DNA of 64,000 nucleotides, from the NCBI GenBank assembly GCA_963804165.1, contig CAWDPO010000024.1, forward strand, positions 32,001 through 96,000, given 5' to 3'. The notes beneath the pieces are model-generated. The model did no database searches. It was given only the letters and a program-made list of their open reading frames with translations, and was not told where the DNA came from. Both the position numbers and the translations under genes were made by a program. Of this stretch, positions 29,549-41,759 are shown piece after piece. How positions within the stretch are numbered: the first letter of the stretch is position 1; every line of letters begins with the position of its first letter. The DNA is from an uncultured delta proteobacterium (GTDB taxonomy: Bacteria; Desulfobacterota; Binatia; UBA9968).

Positions 29549-31132
29549 TCAGTGCGACTGATGATGCCCGCGGCCATGTTCGGTGTGGCGGAAAATCAAC
29601 GACTTGATCACAACCGGCACAGCCTTGGCGTCGGGCAGTTCCTGACCGATATCGATAAAATCGAAATCCTTCAGATCGATGCCATCGATGGAAATAATGC
29701 CGGCGCCGGGAACCAACTCGCGCTCGATGATATTGCCCATCAGTTTGGCGATATCCGCGTCGAAGACCAGCACCAGAGGCTGCCCGTGGTCGATATGCCC
29801 CTTCATTGCGCCGACCAAACCCTCCGCCAGAGTGCGAATTAAAGGATAGGCGGGGCCGAGCTCCCAGCGTATCGCCAGCGCCACCGTCCGTTCGGTGTCG
29901 TGGGCGTCGAAACGTTGCAGGGCTCGGGTCACGGAATCCCGAATTTCTGCCGCGCTGATCGCTTCGGTTTGTTCAAATTGCGGCGTCACGACCTGCAAAT
30001 TGCGCAGCGGCAACAAGTCCGGATGAGAAAGATAAATCGTATTGCCGCTGACTTGGACCGTGTACTGGGAAGCGCCGATCACCGTCGCGCGAATCCGCAC
30101 ATCCGCAGGTCGGAGCGGAATATTCCCACCACCCAACTGGTTCGCTCGCGCCCGGACCTTTTTCCCAAGCTGCACGCCGAGGTCGCCAAGATTGCGTTTC
30201 TCATAGCCGTAAACGAATTCGGAAACGCCGCCCGAGAACATCACCGCGTGAATCGGGTCCTTATAATCGATGTTCGGCGTCAGCAAGAGATCTTGCACCT
30301 GCGGCGAAAGCGGGCCACGCTCCATCACCGCAAAAAGCGAATCGCACAGCGCTTGCGAGAACTTGTCTTTTTCGGCGTCAGTCATGGTGCCGCCCAATTT
30401 AAGCCCATCGATGCCGGACATCTTGGCAAACTTGAGCGCCGTATCTTCCAGGCGGTTGATCACACCATTTTCATCCATCGCCACCAACCGAGCGCCGACC
30501 TCAACGGCGCAGGAGTCGATCACCTTACCGCCCTTAACAATAGCGATCTTGCTGGTACCGCCGCCGATGTCGACGTTCATAACCGTGAAATCGCCGCCCT
30601 CGTGATAGGTCATATGCACGGCGCCGGAGCCGTAGGCGGCCAAGATCGCTTCTAAGTTATGCCCCGCCGTGGCGCAGACGAATTTCCCAGCTTCCGCGGA
30701 AAACAACGCGACGATCGCTTCAGCGTTTTTTTTCTTCGTCGCCTCGCCCGTGACGATGATCGCGCCGGTGTCGATATCCTCCGGCGTCAGATTCGCCCTT
30801 CGGTAAGACTCATGAATGAAGTCGCCGAGATTGTTAGTATCAATCGTGGTCTTGTCGAGGTAAGGGGTCAACAGGATCGGCGATTCATGAATAATTTCCC
30901 GGTTGATCACGACAAACCGGCTGGAAAGCGCCACGCCCTGGCGACGCAGCGTCAGACGGGAAAAAATTAAATGCGACGTGGACGAACCGATGTCGATGCC
31001 GACGGAATTGAGCGTGATCCGCTCGGACCGCCACATCGGATGGTTTTCATCCATCAACTCCCCGTCGTCTTCATCGAAATCGTCTTCGTGTCCCTCATGT
31101 AGCTCAAGCTTGTCGGTCTGCAAATTGTCCAT
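29549..31132 (-). CDS. eutA: EutA-family (ethanolamine ammonia-lyase reactivase-like) ATPase
   Basis: SVGIDIGSSTSHLIFSRL, DTGAIIVTGE, AGKFVCATAG.NLEAILA, NVDIGGGT, FSGGVSE, IRATVIGASQYTVQVSG, VPVVIKSL. Confidence 0.85.
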   Translation of the reverse strand: MDNLQTDKLELHEGHEDDFDEDDGELMDENHPMWRSERITLNSVGIDIGSSTSHLIFSRLTLRRQGVALSSRFVVINREIIHESPILLTPYLDKTTIDTNNLGDFIHESYRRANLTPEDIDTGAIIVTGEATKKKNAEAIVALFSAEAGKFVCATAGHNLEAILAAYGSGAVHMTYHEGGDFTVMNVDIGGGTSKIAIVKGGKVIDSCAVEVGARLVAMDENGVINRLEDTALKFAKMSGIDGLKLGGTMTDAEKDKFSQALCDSLFAVMERGPLSPQVQDLLLTPNIDYKDPIHAVMFSGGVSEFVYGYEKRNLGDLGVQLGKKVRARANQLGGGNIPLRPADVRIRATVIGASQYTVQVSGNTIYLSHPDLLPLRNLQVVTPQFEQTEAISAAEIRDSVTRALQRFDAHDTERTVALAIRWELGPAYPLIRTLAEGLVGAMKGHIDHGQPLVLVFDADIAKLMGNIIERELVPGAGIISIDGIDLKDFDFIDIGQELPDAKAVPVVIKSLIFRHTEHGRGHHQSH

Positions 31133-31281
31133 GCTCGCGATCGAATCCTTTCTCTCACTGACTTCGGTGGATCAAAATTGCATAGCACAGCGCGTTCCGT
31201 CTTGCTACCGTTTGAAAGCGTGCGTGGCGGGATAGACAAGGGCCCCTAATCGGGGATAATATAAAACTGGTTTGCCGAGTC

Positions 31282-34200
31282 ATGGGACAAGAAGAATATC
31301 AAGAGCTGTCGTCGTTTTTGCGGCGCTTTATCCGGCGCCTGAAACTTCTCCAAGGAGCTGAAGGACTGTGTCTGACGGCGACCTGCGCGCTTCTGCTCTT
31401 GGCGCTCGGTCCAGGTGTTGCCCAGCTCGCGAATTTTTTTCCCTACGCGCCGTTGGCCTATAGTCTGCTCACGGGACTGGTGTTATTGGCGGCGGTCAGC
31501 TGGTCACTGTTTCGTTTCCTGCGCCGGCTTTCGCAAGAAAAAGCCGCCCTCTACATCGAACAGAAACAACCCAAGCTACGCAATAATTTAATCAATTCGC
31601 TGCAACTCTATCCACAGGTCGTTGGCGCCGAACACGCCCAAGGCTTTTCTGCCGGAATGATCCTGGCGCTTTTGCGCACGACCCGGAAGCAGATCGCGAG
31701 CTTGCAAGTCGACGAGCTGCTCGACAAACGGCGTCTAATCACCAGTTTGCGCTTGCTCGGCTTTCTCGTCGTGCCGGTGTCGGCAATGGTGCTGCTCAAT
31801 CCCGCCTGGGTGGGCGGCACGATCAGCATGTTGACCCGCCCGCTCGATCACTTGCCGCCGACGAAGACGGCGGTGGAAATCGAGCCCAAGGGCACTCGCG
31901 TCGTGCGCGGCGCTCCGGTGACGATCCAAGCCGCCACCTCGGGCGCGATCCCGGCAGCGCTGGATTTGATCACATGGACCGGAACCAACGAACGCGGCGA
32001 ATCCATCGGCATGGAAAAAATCCCGATGGAAAAGCTCGGCGCGGGAAAATTCTCCGCCAAGGTGACGCATTTGGCAAATACCGTGAACTATCGCGCTGCG
32101 ACCGGTCCATTCTCGTCGCCGACGTACACCGCCGAAGCCGTCGATCCGCCGGAAATCGCCAACGTTCAGTTGATCCTGTATCCGCCAGCGTACAGCGGTC
32201 TTGGCTCTGTTTCCGTACCCGAAGGCAGCATCGAAGGGCTCAAGGGATCGACTCTCCGTCTGGATGCCGTGACCACCAAAGACGTCGTCAAAGCCGAAAT
32301 CGTCATGGAGGACGGCAAAAAAATCCCGCTCAAGATCGACGGCCGCAAGCTGCAGGCGAACCTGGTGCTGTTTCAAGCGCAATCCTATCGCATCCTAGTC
32401 GAAGACACGCACGGTTTTCGCAACACGCCGATCAGCTACGAGCTGCGCGTCAAACCGGATGGCTTCCCCACCGTTGACTTGCTTCGCCCGACGGAGGACT
32501 TGGAAATCAATGGCGACGAGACGTTATCGCTGGAATACGGCGCGCGCGACGATTTTGGCATCGGCGAAGTCGCGTTGATCACGAAAATCGGCGACCGCGA
32601 GGAGAAAATCGCCCTGCAGAAAGAGGAGGCAAAGCGTCTCATCGTGCGCGATCAGTACAAATGGGATCTTGGCAGACTCGGGTTGCGCGATGGCGAGGAA
32701 GCGGTTTTTTTCCTGCAGGTTTTCGATAACGACACAATCTCGGGCCCGAAAATCGGTACGTCCCGCTCGGTTCGACTGAAGCTGAAAAACGTAAAAGGCG
32801 AACACCAGCAGGTCGCCGACATGATCCGCGACTTGAATCAGCGCATGGTCGACCTGTTGGGCGACCATCTGGAAACCCCGCCGCCGGGGGAAAAATCCGC
32901 AATTCCGCCGGATTCCGACAAGAAGTTCGAACAGAATCTCACCGACGCGCTCAAGCGCACCGAAGAAGTGATGCGTCGGACGGAGAAAGATCGCATGTCC
33001 GATTTCGCCACCTGGAGCGATCTCGAGGCGTTGAAACGCAATCTTGAATTCACCAAAAACGAGCTTCTGCAAAAACAACAGCAGGCCTCCGCCATGGACG
33101 AAAAGCTCAAGGCGCGCGACGATATCTCGGCCGAGCTGGAGCGTATGTCGCTCCTGTCCGAAGACATCGGCAAACGCCTCAAAGCCCAGGAGCTGGCATC
33201 CACCGCGCAGGACTTGGCGCGCAACCAGGAACGGCTGATGGATTCTTTGGAGAAGCTCCAGAGCGGCGACAAAAATCTAGATGCCATCATGAAACAAATA
33301 TCCGAGCTGGCGAAAAATTTGGCGAGCCTGCAGCAGGCAGTCTCGCAGCTCGCGCAGCAGATGCCGGACGACTTCATGAATGCCGACGCCATGCAGGGTC
33401 TGGGCTTCAACGACATGTTCCGCGGCCTGGAAGAGATTCGCAAAAAACTCATGGAGGGCGACATCGAAGGTGCCCGCCAGTTGGCACGGGAGTTGTTTAA
33501 TCAGATGGCACAAATGGTTGCCGCCATGCAAAACGCCCAGCGCTCTGCGATGGCGTCGGGCATGGGACGCATGCAAGGCGAGATGCAGCGCCAGAGTAAC
33601 GAGCTTCAGGAAATCTCCCGCGAGCAACAAGAGATCCTCGCCAAAACCGAAGGGATCAACAACTCGGCGCTCACCCAGCGCGACGCCGCGCTCAAGAGCA
33701 AGCTCGATCGTTTCCTCGAAAAGGCGGTGGCCGAGCTGGGCCAATTGACCGAGCTCTTTCCCGACCGCGAAGGCCCGGACGATCCGAACCTACTGACCAA
33801 TATGGACGACGCGACGATGAACTCGTTGCTCAAAAACCTGATTGCTAAGCTGAGCAATAAGGATTTTCCCGGTTACGGCGAAGGCGACGGTTGGACGCGG
33901 AAAGAATTGGGGAAAAAGCGCACACCCGCGCAGGAACGCCGCGCGCAACGCGCCGAGAAAAGCCTCGATGACATAAAATCGGAGCTCGATGCCCTGATCA
34001 ACGAGCCGGCGCGTGCGCTCTCCGATTCCGACAAACGCGAATTGCGCGACCTCGCGCACCGCCAGGACGTCCTGAAGGAGCGCACGGAGGAGCTGCACGA
34101 GAAGTTGGAATCGCTCTTTCAGCTCTTTCCCCAGCTCGATCCCAAAATCGTGCAAAACATCGGTGAGGCCGGTAAGTCCATGGGCAGCGCGCAAAACCGC

Positions 34201-34590
34201 CTGGGGCAACTCGATTCCCGTGGCGCGGTGCCGCCGGAGCAATCGGCGCTCGATCGTCTGTCGCAGTCCCAGCAGCAGATGCAATCTTCGATGCAACAGA
34301 TGGCGCAACGCGGCCAGCTCGGCAATATGCCGATCACGCGCTTGTTCCGCCAGGGACGTTTTCTCCCCTATGGACAAATGACGCCGCTCCCCGGCATGCC
34401 GCAGTTTCCTCAGTTCGATATCGAAAGCGGTTTCACCGGCCTGGACACCGAGAAATTTCACCTCCCGGGGAAAGACGAGTACAAGGCGCCGCGAAATTTC
34501 CGCGAAGAAATTCTCGAGTCGCTCAAGCAAGGCGTGCCGCCGCAGATGAAAGAGCAGATCGAGCGCTATTTCAAAAATCTCTCCGAGTGA
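31282..34590 (+). CDS. DUF4175-like membrane protein (3 TM, Ig-like region, long Q/M-rich coiled coil)
   Basis: PPAY, DDFG motifs; helical C-terminus ending ERYFKNL; typical MoxR-cluster context. Confidence 0.75.
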   Translation: MGQEEYQELSSFLRRFIRRLKLLQGAEGLCLTATCALLLLALGPGVAQLANFFPYAPLAYSLLTGLVLLAAVSWSLFRFLRRLSQEKAALYIEQKQPKLRNNLINSLQLYPQVVGAEHAQGFSAGMILALLRTTRKQIASLQVDELLDKRRLITSLRLLGFLVVPVSAMVLLNPAWVGGTISMLTRPLDHLPPTKTAVEIEPKGTRVVRGAPVTIQAATSGAIPAALDLITWTGTNERGESIGMEKIPMEKLGAGKFSAKVTHLANTVNYRAATGPFSSPTYTAEAVDPPEIANVQLILYPPAYSGLGSVSVPEGSIEGLKGSTLRLDAVTTKDVVKAEIVMEDGKKIPLKIDGRKLQANLVLFQAQSYRILVEDTHGFRNTPISYELRVKPDGFPTVDLLRPTEDLEINGDETLSLEYGARDDFGIGEVALITKIGDREEKIALQKEEAKRLIVRDQYKWDLGRLGLRDGEEAVFFLQVFDNDTISGPKIGTSRSVRLKLKNVKGEHQQVADMIRDLNQRMVDLLGDHLETPPPGEKSAIPPDSDKKFEQNLTDALKRTEEVMRRTEKDRMSDFATWSDLEALKRNLEFTKNELLQKQQQASAMDEKLKARDDISAELERMSLLSEDIGKRLKAQELASTAQDLARNQERLMDSLEKLQSGDKNLDAIMKQISELAKNLASLQQAVSQLAQQMPDDFMNADAMQGLGFNDMFRGLEEIRKKLMEGDIEGARQLARELFNQMAQMVAAMQNAQRSAMASGMGRMQGEMQRQSNELQEISREQQEILAKTEGINNSALTQRDAALKSKLDRFLEKAVAELGQLTELFPDREGPDDPNLLTNMDDATMNSLLKNLIAKLSNKDFPGYGEGDGWTRKELGKKRTPAQERRAQRAEKSLDDIKSELDALINEPARALSDSDKRELRDLAHRQDVLKERTEELHEKLESLFQLFPQLDPKIVQNIGEAGKSMGSAQNRLGQLDSRGAVPPEQSALDRLSQSQQQMQSSMQQMAQRGQLGNMPITRLFRQGRFLPYGQMTPLPGMPQFPQFDIESGFTGLDTEKFHLPGKDEYKAPRNFREEILESLKQGVPPQMKEQIERYFKNLSE

Positions 34591-34597
34591 TTCCGAT

Positions 34598-36191
34598 TTG
34601 AAGTACCGAGTTTCCCTGGTTTCCGTTTTATTGTTTTTTTTCGTGCTGGCAAGGCACTCGCCCGCGGCCGAGGCCGATCCGAAATTCAAGGCCGGCGAAG
34701 AGCTGCTGGACGCGTGGCGCTTGACCCAAGCCGAAGAATTCGCCGCGAAGGCGCTCAAAGAAGAGCCCAAATCAGCCGCCGCGCTCGAATTCGATGCCCG
34801 GGTAAAATTCTACCAGGGTCGTTATGCCGACGCGTTGACCGTCTTCGATCGCGCCCTGGCCATCGACTCGACGAATCAAAGACGGCAAGCGCTAAAGCTG
34901 CTGACCCAGCTCACCGTCGACGTTCACAAATCGCTCAAGCGCCACGAGAGCGCCCATTTCGTCTTGTTTGTCGACGACAAGCGCGACGGCATCCTGGTAC
35001 CGCATGCGCTCGAGGCGCTGGAAAAAAGCTACGCCGCGATCAGCGCTGAGCTCGGCTATCAACCGAAAGAAAAGATCCGCGTCGAGATCGCACCCGACGC
35101 CACGAGTTTTAACGCGATCTCGACGCTGTCGTTGCGAGATATCGAGGAAACCGGCGCGGTCGGCATTTGCAAATTCAACAAGCTCATGATCATTTCGCCG
35201 CGCGCCTTGAGTTTCGGCTACCGCTGGCTGGATTCGGTGAGCCACGAATATGTCCACTATGCGATCGTGGGGTTGACCAGGAATCAGGCGCCGATCTGGC
35301 TGCACGAGGGCATGGCGCGCTTTTATGAAACCCGCTGGCGCAAGGCGGCGCCGGCAAAGGAGGCCGCCGAGGATTATTTGACGCCGGCGAACCAAACTTT
35401 GCTGGTTCGAGCTCTGGCAAAAAATCAGTTCGTCGGCTTCAAAAATATGGAACCGTCGCTCATCCACCTCGACACTCCGGAGCAAGTCCAACTGGCCTAT
35501 GCCGAGGCCGCTTCAGCGATCGACTTCATCAACCAGAGCAAGGGCGGAGCCGGCGTGCGTGAACTCCTCGCGACTTTAAATGACCAGCCCACGCCCGAAG
35601 CGATTGAAAAGGTCTACGGCATGTCTTTCGACGCGTTTGAAGCGAAATGGAAAGGTTTTCTCAAAACCAAAGGGCTCAAGGAAATCGAAGGCAGCCGCGT
35701 GCGCAAACTGAAGGTCAAGAAAGACCAACGGGAAGACGAAGACGTGGTGGAATTGCGCGAAATCCAGTCGGCGGTGGCGCGCAACCGCACCCATCTTGCC
35801 GACCAACTGCTCGGCAAGGGTCGCACCGCCGCCGCCGCCAGCGAATACCAGCGCGCCCTGCAGGCAAGCCCGCACTCGCCGATCATCTTGAACAAACTCG
35901 GCCGGGTGATGATCGAGACGAATCGCCCCGACGCGGCGCTCCCGCTATTTCAACAAGCCCTCGACGTCGACCCGGACAACGTCAACGCCTACATCCAATT
36001 GGGCCGTGCCCAGCTTGCGACCAAGAATTTTAAGGAAGCGCGCAGCGCGCTTGAGGAAGCGATTCAGATCAACCCGTTTAATCCCGCTTATCTACCGTTT
36101 GCTCGGCGATGCCTACGCCGCTCTCGGGGAGCAGGAAAAAGCCCGGCTCGCCAAGGCGAGTCTCGATAGACTCATGACCGGTAATCATTAA
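34598..36191 (+). CDS. TPR-containing peptidase MA (gluzincin) family protein; C-terminal frameshift ~36085
   Basis: Signal peptide; HEYVH..(P.W)LHEG.A motif; TPRs on both sides; tail continues in ORF 36006..36191. Confidence 0.8.
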
Positions 36192-36210
36192 TCGATTTAG
36201 AAGGAAAACC

Positions 36211-37239
<1,029 letters not shown>

Positions 37240-37306
37240 AGCCGTCATTCCAGATTGCAGATTCCAAATTCCATATGAGATCTGGAGTCTTAATCTGGAA
37301 TTTTTA

Positions 37307-37805
37307 ATGCGTTCCAAGTCGGACTTCGTCCATGGGATTGAAGTGCGCGGCAATGCCGAGTTCCGGCTCCGAACCAGGCACGCCCTCGCCCTGCTCTTTC
37401 CCCTCGCCCAGTTCCAAATCATCCGAGACAATGTTCAGATCATTCGTCAAGCCCGCCGCAGTGGCATGAAAGCGGCGGCGGAAAGCCCCACTTTTCTCGT
37501 CGGGAAACCGACGTGGAGCCATTCCCCGGCGTGGTATGCCGGCGCCATCGCCCACGACGCCTATCACGCCGAGCTTTATTCGGGGGCCAAGCAGCGCGAC
37601 GCGCGGCAAGCAACCGCAAGCCGACAGTTGGACGGGCACCGAGGCGGAAAAACAATGTCTGGCCTTTCAACGCCAGGTGCTTTTGGCGCTCAACGCGGAC
37701 GAGGGAATCATCAGCTATGTCGAGCTCTGCGCACGAAATCCAACTTATCAAGGGCACAACAAGGGTTGGCGCGGTTGGCTAGATTATCTGAAACGCCGGT
37801 GGTAG
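37307..37805 (+). CDS. Hypothetical protein with HDxxH..E zincin-like motif (frameshift ~37620)
   Basis: ORF 37307 (..AGAIAHDAYHAELY) joins ORF 37536..37805 (..TEAEKQCLAFQ..KRRW*). Confidence 0.5.
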
Positions 37806-37905
37806 AAATTTGGCAGACCGATGACGGTGAAGAATTCGAAGATGGAGGATAGAGAATAGCGATCATCGATCTTCGCTTCTCGATCCTCGACGATAGAATA
37901 AAGCC

Positions 37906-38796
37906 ATGCCCAACGGCGACAAAAACTATTTCGATCCCAAAGTTCTCGCCGGGATTTCGAATCTCGCCCTGCGCGCCCGTTGGGTCGTCGAAGGTCTGAT
38001 GTCCGGCATTCACCGCAGCCGCGCCAAAGGCTTCAGCGTCGAGTTCGAAGAGCACCGCGAGTACTCGCCCGGCGATGAAATTCGCCGCATCGATTGGAAG
38101 GCCCTCGGCAAATTCGACCGCTATTTCATCAAAGAATACGAAGACGAAACCAACCTGCGCGCTTATTTGCTCCTAGACGCCAGCGCGTCGATGAATTACG
38201 CCTCCGATGGAATTACGAAGTTCGATTACGGCTGCACGCTCACTGCGTCGCTGGCCTATCTTATTCTCAAACAGCAAGATGCCGCCGGCCTTGTCACCTT
38301 CTCGGACCGGATCGAATCCTTTATTCCGCCACGCGCCAAGCGTGACTACCTAACGCAAATCCTTGGCGCTTTGGAAAAGCGCGGCGCCGCCGGCGAAACC
38401 AACGTCGGAAAGATCCTCGAAGACATCGCCGGCCAAGTGAAGCGGCGCGGCCTGATCGTTTTGGTTTCCGATTTGCTCGACGAGCCCGAGGCGATACTCA
38501 AGGGATTGCGCCAGTTTCGTTTCAGGGGCAACGACGTCATCGTCTTTCACCTGCTCGACCAAGCCGAGATCGAGCTACCTTTCGATGGCAATATTTTGTT
38601 CGAAGATCTGGAAGCGGCGAACCTTCAGGTGATCGCCGATCCGCGCGCCATCCGAACGACCTACAAGGAAGTCGTGCAGGAGTTCATCGACGACATGCGC
38701 AAACAATGCCGCGATAACACCATCGATTATCAAATTATCTCGACGGCGACACCGCTGGACCAAGCCTTGGCCAGTTACTTGAGCTGGAGGGGCTAA
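37906..38796 (+). CDS. DUF58 (VWA-like) protein
   Basis: G.HRS..KG.SVEF.EHREY.PGDE.RRIDWK, LDASASM, VSDLLD. Confidence 0.93.
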   Translation: MPNGDKNYFDPKVLAGISNLALRARWVVEGLMSGIHRSRAKGFSVEFEEHREYSPGDEIRRIDWKALGKFDRYFIKEYEDETNLRAYLLLDASASMNYASDGITKFDYGCTLTASLAYLILKQQDAAGLVTFSDRIESFIPPRAKRDYLTQILGALEKRGAAGETNVGKILEDIAGQVKRRGLIVLVSDLLDEPEAILKGLRQFRFRGNDVIVFHLLDQAEIELPFDGNILFEDLEAANLQVIADPRAIRTTYKEVVQEFIDDMRKQCRDNTIDYQIISTATPLDQALASYLSWRG

Positions 38797-38803
38797 GGCG
38801 CCG

Positions 38804-40903
38804 ATGTCGGTTTTCTTTCTCTACCCGTTATTTTTGTTTGGTCTCCTGGCCGCTTCACTGCCGGTCCTGATTCATCTGCTGAACCGGCGCAAGCTGAAAC
38901 GAATTCGCTTCCCCGCGGTGCGCTTTATCTTGCTCTCGCAAAAACGCATTTCCCGCAGTTACCGTCTACGCCATTGGCTCCTGCTGGCGCTGCGAACTTT
39001 AGCAGTCGTGTTTCTCGCGCTGTTGCTCGCCAATCCGATTTTTCAGACTGGCGCCGGGCTGTTCGCCGGCGGCGGTCCCGTATCGTTGGTCCTCTTGCTC
39101 GACAATTCGCTGAGCATGACCTGGAGCGGTGACGGCAACGGTTTCAAGCAAGCCAAGGATGCCGCCCGGTTATTGATTTCAGCGCTGAACGACGACGACC
39201 GCGCCGCGATTATTCCGACCAACATCACCGGCAAGGAACCGTTCCGCCTGAAAGCGCAGAAAGACGTCTTGCTCAGAGAATTGGACGCCATCGAAATCGC
39301 CGACGGCACCGTTAATCTGGAGGCGGCGCTTGGCAAGGCTTACGAATTATTGAACGTGCCGGCGGGTCAAAAGGAAATCCGCTTCATTAGCGATATGGGG
39401 CTCACCGGGTGGGACCAGTTTTCCATCGCCGGGCTGAAACAAGTCGACCCATCGATACCGTTTAAATTGATACACGTCGACCGCAAGCAAACGCCGCCGA
39501 ACGGCAGCATCAAAGAAATCCGCCTCGGCAGTCCGGGCGTCGGCGCCAATCTGCCGCTACAGATCGACGTCACGGTGGCGAACTTCGGCGAGAGCGAGCT
39601 CAAAGAGGTCCTCGCCCAGCTCAGCATCGACGGCCAAAACAAGGAACAAAAACTCATTTCCGTGCCGGGAAAGTCGGAAGCTTCATTGAGATTTCAAACC
39701 CGGCTCAGTCAGCCGGGTGCCCATTCGGGCCAGGTCACGCTCAAAAAAGCCGGCCTCGCCGGCAACCCGACGACGAACTTCACTCTCGATGCGCAAGAGA
39801 AGCTGAAAGTCCTCGTCGTCGAAGGCGATCCGCAAACCTCGCTGGTTCAAAGCGAGACTTTTTTTCTGAGCCGCGCGCTCAGTCCCTCCGGCGAACGCGA
39901 CACGTCGCATTTTTCTTCCGACAGTGATACTTCCCGATGGCCTGAACACGGCGACACTGGACGGCTACCAAGTATTGATTCTCTGCAACGTGGCGACACT
40001 GCCGGATAGCTTTACGGCGAAACTGCAGAATTTTCTCCGCCAGGGCGGCGGCGTGTTGATTTTTGCCGGAGACAAGTTTCAAGCGGACAGCTACAGTCAA
40101 AAAATCGCTCGTGATCTGCCCGGCCAGCTCGGCGAAAAAAAACTCGCCCCCGAAGCGAGCGGTGATAAAATCGGCAAATACGCTGCCAAGCATCCGGCGC
40201 TGCAGATCCTTGCCGATCCGATCCTCGAGGAATCCATAAAGTCGACGCGCGTTTGGGGCTACTTTCGCACCACTGCCGGAGGTCAGGCGCCGTTGATCAC
40301 GCTGGCAAACGGCGACCGCTTTGTTGCTGGAACAAAAAGTCGGCGCTGGACGAAGTCCTCATGATGACCTCCTCCGCCGATCGCGACTGGACCGATCTTC
40401 CGTTGAAGACCGTCTACCTGCCGTTGATCCAATCGCTTGCGCAGTATCTCGCCGGCGGCAAGCGCGGTGTTCTGGACGGCGGTATCGCCGTCGGCGCCGC
40501 CAAGGAAATAGCACTGTCGCCGACTCTCGTCGGTAAAAACTTGCGCGTGACCAAGCCCGATAAGCAAGCCGCCGAGGTCGCCATCGCCGCCGCGAAAGAC
40601 CGCGCCGTCGCTACCATCGAGGAAAACGACCGCGCCGGCATCTACCGTTTATCCCTGCCCGCCGGCGGCGAGAAGAACGCCGGCGCGCCGCAGATGTACG
40701 CGGTCAATCCGCCGTTCCTCGAATCACGCTTGGATGAAATCAGCGCGCGCGAGCTGCAGGCCAAGCTCAGCCCGATCCGCGCCGAAGTCATTCCCGTCGA
40801 TGCGCTCAAGGAAGGCGGCAAGCGCACCGATCTCGCCCTTCCTTTGCTGGCGTTGCTCATTGTAACTTTGCTGATGGAAGGTTGGTTGGGACAGCGGTTT
40901 TAA
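38804..40903 (+). CDS. BatA-N + VWA domain membrane protein (two frameshifts, ~39915 and ~40325)
   Basis: P.LIHLLNRRK..F, LLLALR, LDNSLSM (MIDAS); continues through ORFs 39924..40364 and 40253..40903 (DWTDLP, GIYRL, AVN..ES.L, EGWL). Confidence 0.8.
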
Positions 40904-40980
40904 TAAACTAAAAATTGAAAAGGCAAAATCAAACAATGACCGTGGAGTCTTTTAACTTCAATTTCTAACTTTGAATTTTT

Positions 40981-41756
40981 ATGAATCGCCGCAAATTCAT
41001 CCGATTATTTTCACAAGGCCTTTTGGGCGCGGGCCTTACGCCGAGCCTGATCGGGCCGCCGAGCCAGCCGACAAACAACGCCTGCAGTTCGTCTTTGCCC
41101 AGATCAAGTACCGCGGCGGCGATTGGAATCCCCATCCGCTGTCGGTGACGCCGCTGATGGAAGAGCTGATGGCGCGCACCAGCGTCGAAGCCGCCAGCGC
41201 GCCGGCACGAAGTCACGCTCGGCCGATCGGCGATCTGTTCAACTATCCGTTTCTCTATCTGGCCGGCAAATACGAATTTGATCCGTTCAGCCAAGAAGAA
41301 ATCGAAACTCTGCGCCGTTTTCTTTCCTACGGCGGCTTTCTGTTGATCGACGACGCGCTCGGCCAGCAAGGCTATGGCTTCGACAAGGCGGTGCGCCGCG
41401 AGATGCAGCGGATATTTCCCGGCAACGAATTCAAGCGCCTGCCGTCCGGGTCACGCCGCGCTGCGCAGCTATTATCTCTTGCGCCGCATCGGCGGCGTGC
41501 GCATCGTCAGTCCCGACTCTCGAAGGGATCACGCGTCGGCAACTCCACGCCGGTGATCTATTGCCAAAATGATCTCGGCGGCGCCTGGGAGCGCGACCAA
41601 GTCGGCAAATGGACCAACGCCTGCACTCCCGGCGGCGAAGCGCAGCGTAAAGACGCCTTTCATCTGGGCATCAATCTTATTCTTTACGCCATGACGGAGA
41701 ACTACAAAGAGGACTTGATCCACGTCCCGTTCATTCGCAAGCGGCTCACCAGGTAA
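40981..41756 (+). CDS. DUF4159 family protein with Tat-type signal peptide (several frameshifts)
   Basis: ATG 40981 reads MNRRKFIRLFSQGLLGAGL; core GGDWN, YPFLY, GGFLLIDD, NDLGGAW, GINLILYAMT.NYK.D. Confidence 0.8.
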
Positions 41757-41759
41757 GCG

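Noticed and set aside
2117-35491. Numerous long antisense or alternative-frame ORFs (e.g. 2117..2935, 26569..27360, 27592..28425, 33790..34770)
   Set aside because: These are shadow ORFs expected in GC-rich DNA opposite well-supported genes; they have no recognisable motifs or RBS.
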